Shown here piece by piece: positions 57,101 through 64,000 of a DNA stretch of 64,000 nucleotides. The DNA comes from an uncultured Candidatus Rokubacteria bacterium (GTDB lineage Bacteria; Methylomirabilota; Methylomirabilia; Rokubacteriales; CSP1-6), in the NCBI GenBank assembly GCA_963789955.1, contig CAWBMV010000001.1:480001-544000 (forward strand), read 5' to 3'. Under the pieces are notes generated by a model that searched no databases, was not told where the DNA came from, and saw nothing but the letters and a program-made list of their open reading frames with translations. The position numbers were made by a program, and so were the translations under genes. The stretch's first letter is position 1, and each line of letters starts with the position of its first letter.

Positions 57101-60100
57101 CGAAAGGTTCTTGAAATCCACGCGGCCAAACGGCGTATTGGCAAAGTTGAACAGCACCTGGACGAGTGGCGAACCGCCGTGGCTCCGGTCGGGCCGTAAC
57201 TCCTCGACCAGCTTCTCAAACGGCAAATCCTGTTGCGCATAGGCGCCCAACGCAACATCGCGCACGCGACCCAACAGCTCACGAAAGGTTGGCTCGCGCG
57301 AGACATCGGTCCTCAGGACGAGCGTGTTGACAAATGTTCCAACCAGGCCTTCGATCGCCAGGTGATTCCTATTCGCAATCGGGGTTCCGACCGCAATATC
57401 CTCTTGACCGGTCAACCGATTGAGCAGGGCCACGAATCCCGCCAGGAAGACCATGTAGAGAGTGACGCCTTCCTGAACGCTCAAGTGTTTCAGGCCGTTG
57501 ATCAACGACCGTGGCAGATCGAGAGAAACGTGAGCGCCACGGAAGGACTGCGCTGCCCGACGCGGACGATCGGTCGGCAATGCCAGGACGGGAACACCCG
57601 CCAGCTGGGCCTTCCAATAGGCTAGTTGGCCGTCCAGCACCGGCCCACGGAGCCAGTGACGCTGCCAACACGCGAAATCGACATACTGGATCTCGAGCGG
57701 TGGCTCGATTCGCAAAGGTTGCCCATCGCAGAAGGCGTTATAGCATTGGACCAGCTCCCGCCCGATCACGCCGTACGACCAGTGATCCGAGACAATGTGA
57801 TGCGTCGTGAGCACCACGACATGCTCTTCGTCGCTCACCTGGATCACCAGCACTCTGATCAACGGACCAGTGGTCAGGTCGAAGGGCCGGCGGGCTTCGT
57901 CCGTCGCCAGCTCGATGGCTTCATCACCCCGCCTCGCTTTCGGCCGCTTCCGCAGGTCGACTTCGGTGATCGTCAGGGCCTGAAAAGGGTGAACCATTTG
58001 AACGGGATGGCTTTCGGCGTGATGAAATGTCGTCCGGAGGGACTCATGCCGTCGCACCAACTCGTTGAGACTGTGGGCCAGGGCTTCTTTGTCGAGAGGA
58101 CCGATGAGACGAACGGTAACCGGAATATTGTAGGCCGAGCTCTCCGGTGCCAGCTGATACAGGAACCACATACGCTCTTGCGCAAACGAGAGAGGCAACA
58201 ATCCGTCGCGAGGGACGGGAGTGATCAGAGGGACCGCCAGCGTGCTTGGCTCACGAGGCTGTTGCTCGGCCAACCACTGGGCGAGGCCGGCAATTGTCGG
58301 AGTCTCAAATACGGCTCGGAGGGGGGGCTCAACGTGAAAGAGCGAACGCAGGCGTGAGAACATCTGGGTCGCCAGTAAGGAGTGCCCGCCCAGCTCAAAG
58401 AAATTGTCGTGGACGCCAACATCTTTGATGTCCAAGATCTCACCCCAGACATGGGCGAGGAGTTGTTCAGTAGAATTCCGGGGAGCGACATATTCAGTCT
58501 TGAGGTGGAGGAGCCCGGCTCGACTGTTGACCGGCGCCTGTAAGGCCTTTCGATCAATCTTGCCGTTCGGTGTGAGCGGCAGAGCATCCAATTCCACGAA
58601 CGCAGAGGGAATCATGGGATCCGGAAGTTGTTCCTTGAGAAAAGCCCGCAGATGATTGACGTTCAGCGCGCTGCCCGACGCGGTGACGACAAACGCCACG
58701 AGCCGCTTGTCGCCGGGCAAATCCTCTCGAACCTCGACGGCCACTGCGCGAATCTCGGGATGGGTCTGCAGGACTGATTCAATCTCTTCAAGCTCGATCC
58801 GGTACCCTCTGATTTTGACCTGCCGATCGACACGCCCCAGATACTCGAGCTCACCGTTCGGCAACCACCGGGCCAGATCGCCAGTCCTGTAGAGACGTGC
58901 GCCGGGCTCCAGGTCGAATGGGTTACGAATGAATCGCTCAGCGGTCAGGTCAACCCGCTTCAGGTAACCGCGCGCAAGACCAACGCCCCCAACATAGAGG
59001 TCTCCAGGAATTTCAATCGGCACGGGCTGCAAGTTCCGATCGAGCACGTACAGCTGAACGTTTTGAATCGCCCGACCGATAGGCGGTCCGCTACTCGGTT
59101 CGGCGGACGTAAGGTCGCAGACGGTCGCCGCGATCGTGACTTCGGTGGGGCCGTAGGTATTCAGCAATTGCACCCGAGACCCGACATGCTGCTGCCAGGT
59201 CATCAACGATTGCGGAAGCGCACGCTCCCCTCCAATCACTACCGAGCTAATGTTTGGAGGAAAGTCCAAGGACTCACGCCGGAGCCCAGCCGTGAGCTCA
59301 TGCCAGTAGGCGGTTGGAAGGTCCAGCAACGTTATGCGCCACTCCCGGCACTTCTGCAGAAATCCCGGTATCGAATCCAACATGGATCCTGTTCGAAGGA
59401 CCAGCGCGGCGCCTGTCAAGAGACAGGTGAAGATCTCCTCCGCGGCTGTATCGACGCTGACGGATGCCAACTGAAGGATTCGATCACCCGGTCCGAGACG
59501 CGCCTGGGTACTGATTGCCGCCACGTAGTTCACGACGGATCGGTGCTCCACCATCACCCCTTTAGGTCTACCGGTCGACCCTGAGGTGTAAATGACGTAG
59601 GCCAGATCTCCGGCCGTCGCTCCATTCACGGGAGATTCACCGGATTCTCGGGCGATGGCGCTCCATTCCGTATCCAGGCAGACGGCGCGGCTCTGCTGAT
59701 GATCCGGGAGCCGAGCCAGGAGATGCTGCTGGGTCACCAGGATCGATACTCGAGCCTCCTCCAACATCGACGCCATGCGCTTCGTGGGGTACTCGGGATC
59801 GAGCGGCAAGTACGCGCCACCCGCTTTGAGGATGCCCATGAGGCCCACGATGAGCTCGAGCGATCTCTCGACACACAGTCCAACTAAGACATCTGGACCG
59901 ACCCCAAGCCTGCTGAGGTAGTGACCGAGTTGGTTGGCCCGCAGGTGGAGTTCCCGATAGCTGAGTCGTTGATCCTCGAACATCACGGCCATGGCATCGG
60001 GAGTACGCACGACCTGCTCGTCGAACAATGCATGGAGGCACCGGGTTTCGGCACGACTGATTCGAGTCTCATTCCACGCGACCAAGACCTGATAGTGTTC

Positions 60101-63100
60101 TTCGGGCGTCATGAGCGGGAGGTCTGCCAACAACTGGTTCGGCTGGTCTACGATGCCTTCCAGAAGCACCTGAAAGTGTTCCTGCATTCGGCCGACCGTC
60201 GCGGCGTCAAACAGATCGGCGTTGTATTCGAAGCAGCCTGTCAATGGACCATCCGAATCAGAAATCTCTATCGTCAGATCGAATTGTCCTGCGGATTGCG
60301 GTATGAGATACGGTTCGAAATGAAGCTGTTTGCTCGAACCTGCGGTGCCGCTCTTGCGTGAGCGGTTGTCCCCATTGAGTTGGGTCATCAATTTGAACTT
60401 CTGCAATACGAACAGAACCTGAACGAAAGGCGCGCGGCTCGGATCCCGGGCTGGCTGGAGCCGTTCCACAAGAAGCGAAAAGGGATAATCTTGGTGGGCG
60501 ATCGCCTCCAGAACCGTTCGCCTGGCTTGTGACAACAAAGCCTTTGAATGTTGCGGCACCAGACACGTGGTCGCGTAAGACTACGACATTGACAAAATCG
60601 CCAACCGTTTCGCTAAACATTCCCCGGCTTCGGCCGAGCATGGGCGACCCGATCAAAATATCTTCCTGGCCTGTGTAGCGATACAAGAAGACTTGCAAGG
60701 CGGCCAGGAGTGTCACGTACACAGTTGTTCCTTCTGCCTCGGCAAGAGCTTTCAGTCGCCGCGTCAGCTTCGCGCTGAGCGCGAACTCGCGCCATGCAGT
60801 GTTGTCACGCTGCATGCTCGGCCGCGGCCGGCCGTGAGCCAAATCCAGCACTGGCAACTCGCCGGACAACGTCTCTTGCCAGTAGCTCCATAGTCTTTGG
60901 CCCTGCGGCCCTGCCAACAGATCATTCTGCCAATGCACGAAGTCCGCATATTGCGCGGCTGGTTCAGGCAGAGGGTGCTTCTCTCCCGATCGCTCTCCTT
61001 CATACAGGCGTTTGAGGTCCTCGATGAGAACCTTCATCGACCAGCCGTCCACCGCGATATGATGTGCTGCTAGAAGGAGATATGCCTCGGTCGGCGAACG
61101 ACGGAACAGTTGCGCACGCCAGAGCGGCCCACGTTCGAGATCGAACGAGCGGCCCGCTGCCCTCTCCGCGTATGTTTTCAGGTCATTCCAGTTCCACCCC
61201 GACGCATCGGTCTCCACGAATTGTAGTGGGAAAGTTGGGTGGATCTGCTGAAACGGAACCCCGTTTCGGGCTACATACGTCGTTCGCAGACAAGGATGGC
61301 GTGCCGCCAACTTCTCCAGCGCCCGCACCAGAATCCGTTGATCGAGTGGACCACTGACACGTAGCAGAAGAGTCGCATTGGCAGCCTTAGTGTGGGGCCT
61401 CAATTGATGGAGGAACCACAACGCCGATTGATTTCGAGACAACGGATATTCGACAGGCCCGTTCGTCTCCTGGAGCATCTCGCGTCGTACGGGGGATGAC
61501 GCTGACGAAGCGGAAAGCTGATCAAGGACGTGCGTTGTGAGCTGCTTGATGGAGGCGCCGTCAAGCAGGGCCGGCAACGACAGCGAAACGCCGAACCGAG
61601 TTTCCACCGCATGCGCCAGTTCCGTTGCGGTCAACGAGTCGAGCCCCGCCGTGGTGAGCGGCTGTTCCCTACTCAATCGGCTCGGTGGAATACCCAGCAA
61701 CCGGCTAACGAGTGCTTCCAGGGATGTCAGCAGGATTGCCCGCTGTTCATCGAGAGTTAATGCGAGCAGATCATCGCGGGTCAGGTCGTGATCACGTGAT
61801 TTCGGTTCGTCGTTGCCAAGAGTGCTTATTCCGACAATCCCGAGTCGGGTCGACAGGAATGCGTCCCGACATGCGCGACGCTGGATCTTTCCACTGGATG
61901 TCTTCGGGATGCTTCCCGCTCGAACGAGCGCAACCGTATAGACCTGGATATCGTGATGTTCTGCGACCGACTCCCGAATTGCGCCGGCGACATCCTCGAT
62001 GGAAGTGCCGTGTTCTCGCCGTTCAAGTTCCTGGACAATGACGAGGCGCTCTTCGCCGCCTTTCTCGATCGAAAAGGCGGCTCCGGAACCCTGTCGCAAG
62101 CTCGGATGGCTTTGTGCCGCCGTTCGCTCGATATCCTGCGGATAGTGGTTACGCCCCCGGATGATGACAAGGTCCTTCAGCCGACCCGTGACGAAAAGCT
62201 CGCCATTCTTGACGAACCCCAAGTCACCCGTGCGGAGGTAAGGCCCTTCTCCCGTAGCAGCCAGATGAGCACCGAATGTCTCGTTCGTCTCTTCTGGTTT
62301 GTTCCAATAGCCCTTCGCGATGCTCGGGTCCGCCAGCCAAATCTCTCCCACCACGTCAGGGTCACAAGGCCGGAGCCTTTCTGGGTCAACGATGACTACC
62401 TTGGCTTCTCCAACCGAAGGGCCGCAGCTGACGACCTGGCGCGCATCCGGTTGCTCCTCACCGATCTCGCGCACAAGCCCTTTCTCAAGAGCTTGCGCAT
62501 TGAGACTGCGGAAGCTTGGTGCGTCGTGTGCGCGTTTCACGGAAATCAGCAAGGTGAACTCGGCCATCCCATAGGCGGGGTGAAATGCCTCTCGACGGAA
62601 ACCTGACGCTCGAAAGGCTTCGATGAACTGGTCCATCGTATCTTTTGAGATCGGCTCGGCTCCACAGCTTGCGACTCGCCAGGAACTCAGGTTGAGATTG
62701 GCTCTCTCGGCGGGAGTCGTACGACGAACGCAGTGGGCATAGGCGAAGTTGGGCCCGCCGCTATGCGTGATCCCATACCGCTCAATTGCTTCGAGCCATC
62801 GAATCGGTTGCTTGAGAAATGCCAGGGCCGACATGAGATAACTCGGGATCCCCGCAAAGAGAGGATGCAGGATTCCTTTGACCAGCCCATAGTCATGGAA
62901 ATGCGGCATCCAGGACAGAGTCACCGCCTGCGCGTCATAGCCGGCAAATTTCGTTAGGTACCCACAGTGATGGAGAAGATTGCGATGCGTCACCATCACC
63001 CCTTTGGGTGTTGTGGTAGAACCGGACGTGTACTGCAAATAGGCCACATGATTCGGTGTTAAATCGGGGGGCCTCCATTGCCGTGCCCAGTCCTCGCGAA

Positions 63101-63564
63101 CGTCATCAACTGTGAACCAACGGGTCGGATCTTCGCCGAAAGCGACAGGCCAGCGCGTTCGGCGGACTTCACGATCTCGGGCGTCGTCAGGACACCGGTA
63201 ATCCGGGCGTCGCTCGCAATACCCTGGAGACGTGACAGGCTCTGCTTCATTCGCAGTGGGTCTAGCGGGGGAGCGGGAACTGCGAGAACGCCCGCATACA
63301 GGCATCCCAGAAAGGCGCGGACGAAATGAAGGCCGGGCGGATACAAGAGCAGGATTCGGTCACCGAATCCGCGCGACTTGAAGAAATCCTGCTATCGCAC
63401 GCGCATGCTGATCGAGCGCTGCATATGTCAGAGCCGCATCAGTCGCGATGCCGTCCTTGAGGAAGTAGTAGGCGGAACGACTCGGGTTGATGGACTGCGC
63501 GCCAACGGGAGAGCTCGACGAGGCTCGCCATTTGATCAAGCTCGTCGGGAAAGCGCAGATTCAC
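54192..63564 (-). CDS. Lipopeptide NRPS FAAL-ACP-C-A-PCP-C-A-PCP-TE (~3,100 aa; frameshifts near 63480, 63375, 63135, 60545 and 56390)
   Basis: FAAL (LQYTSGST, PHFHDYGL, GRNHYPQDIE, PKTSSGKIQR); ACP GLDSL; C1 HHIAVDG; A1 YTSGSTGRPKG; PCP GGHSL; C2 HHIVSDH; A2; PCP GGHSL; TE GTCTGG. SD AGGAG before GTG 63564. Confidence 0.9.
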
Positions 63565-63740
63565 GCCACTCCTTTTCTTGGAATTTCCATTGGTCCGATG
63601 GGTCGCTCTGTCAGTCCGGTAACGGCGTGATGAGTGCGACGTCGCCAAGCCGAGCTAGCCCGCTGGCGCCAAGTCCTCGTTATGAGTGCCCTCCACTGGT
63701 TCATTGCATGCCACTGGCAGTAATCGACACTCGATACGTG

Positions 63741-63755
63741 GCAAATTGCGTGCCG
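63741..63755 (-). promoter_or_regulatory. Candidate sigma54 promoter of the NRPS cluster
   Basis: Minus strand CGGCACGCAATTTGC (GG-N10-GC, TTGC at -12); inverted repeat GACAAGA-N16-TCTTGTC at 63815-63844. Confidence 0.55.
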
Positions 63756-64000
63756 GGCGTGGTCGGCTCGTGACGGCAAGGGGTTAGGGGTTCACGGCGC
63801 GGCAAAGTGGATGGGACAAGACAAATTCTGGCAGCTCTCTTGTCACAGTCCGGGCGGCGCCGAGCCCGCACGAACTCTAGACCTCGCGGGCGATCCCTCC
63901 AGGACGTCGGCCACGAAGGGACCACTTCATCCCCGCGCGCCCGTCGAGGTACAGTCGAAAGAGGATGGACTGGCTAATCAGCCCCGAGGCTCGGCGGTTC

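Overview
This is a high-GC bacterial window. Its gene style is reminiscent of Rokubacteria/Methylomirabilota, but that is an impression only. Many single-base frameshifts occur in otherwise intact genes, most simply explained as long-read or assembly indels. Positions 1-43,042 are core genome: the groEL 3' end; rpsF-ssb-rpsR-rplI, with apparent CTG and ATT starts for rpsF and rpsR; dnaB with a class-3 LAGLIDADG intein; a KimA-like permease; alkA; an MFS transporter; an ABC-F ATPase; an HNH nuclease; comEA; a cspA-DEAD helicase-cspA operon; mreBCD-mrdA-rodA-RNase E/G; csoR-copA; a GGT-family enzyme; a glycogen/trehalose cluster; and tRNA-Phe. After tRNA-Phe there is an accessory region. It holds two decayed, tandemly integrated elements (a duplicated tRNA 3' half and two integrase remnants), several gene fragments, and a lower-GC lipopeptide cluster. 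That cluster encodes a FAAL-ACP-C-A-T-C-A-T-TE NRPS predicted to make acyl-(basic aa)-Gly with a non-canonical Cys-type TE, plus a cyclic-peptide ABC exporter and an Sfp-type PPTase. The most unusual signal is an unannotated, densely structured ~340-nt unit between comEA and the cold-shock operon. It contains a 17-nt perfect complement to the conserved 16S rRNA 3' end, plus a further 8-nt match to the helix-45 5' strand, directly fused to a 13-aa micro-ORF whose end folds back to hide it.
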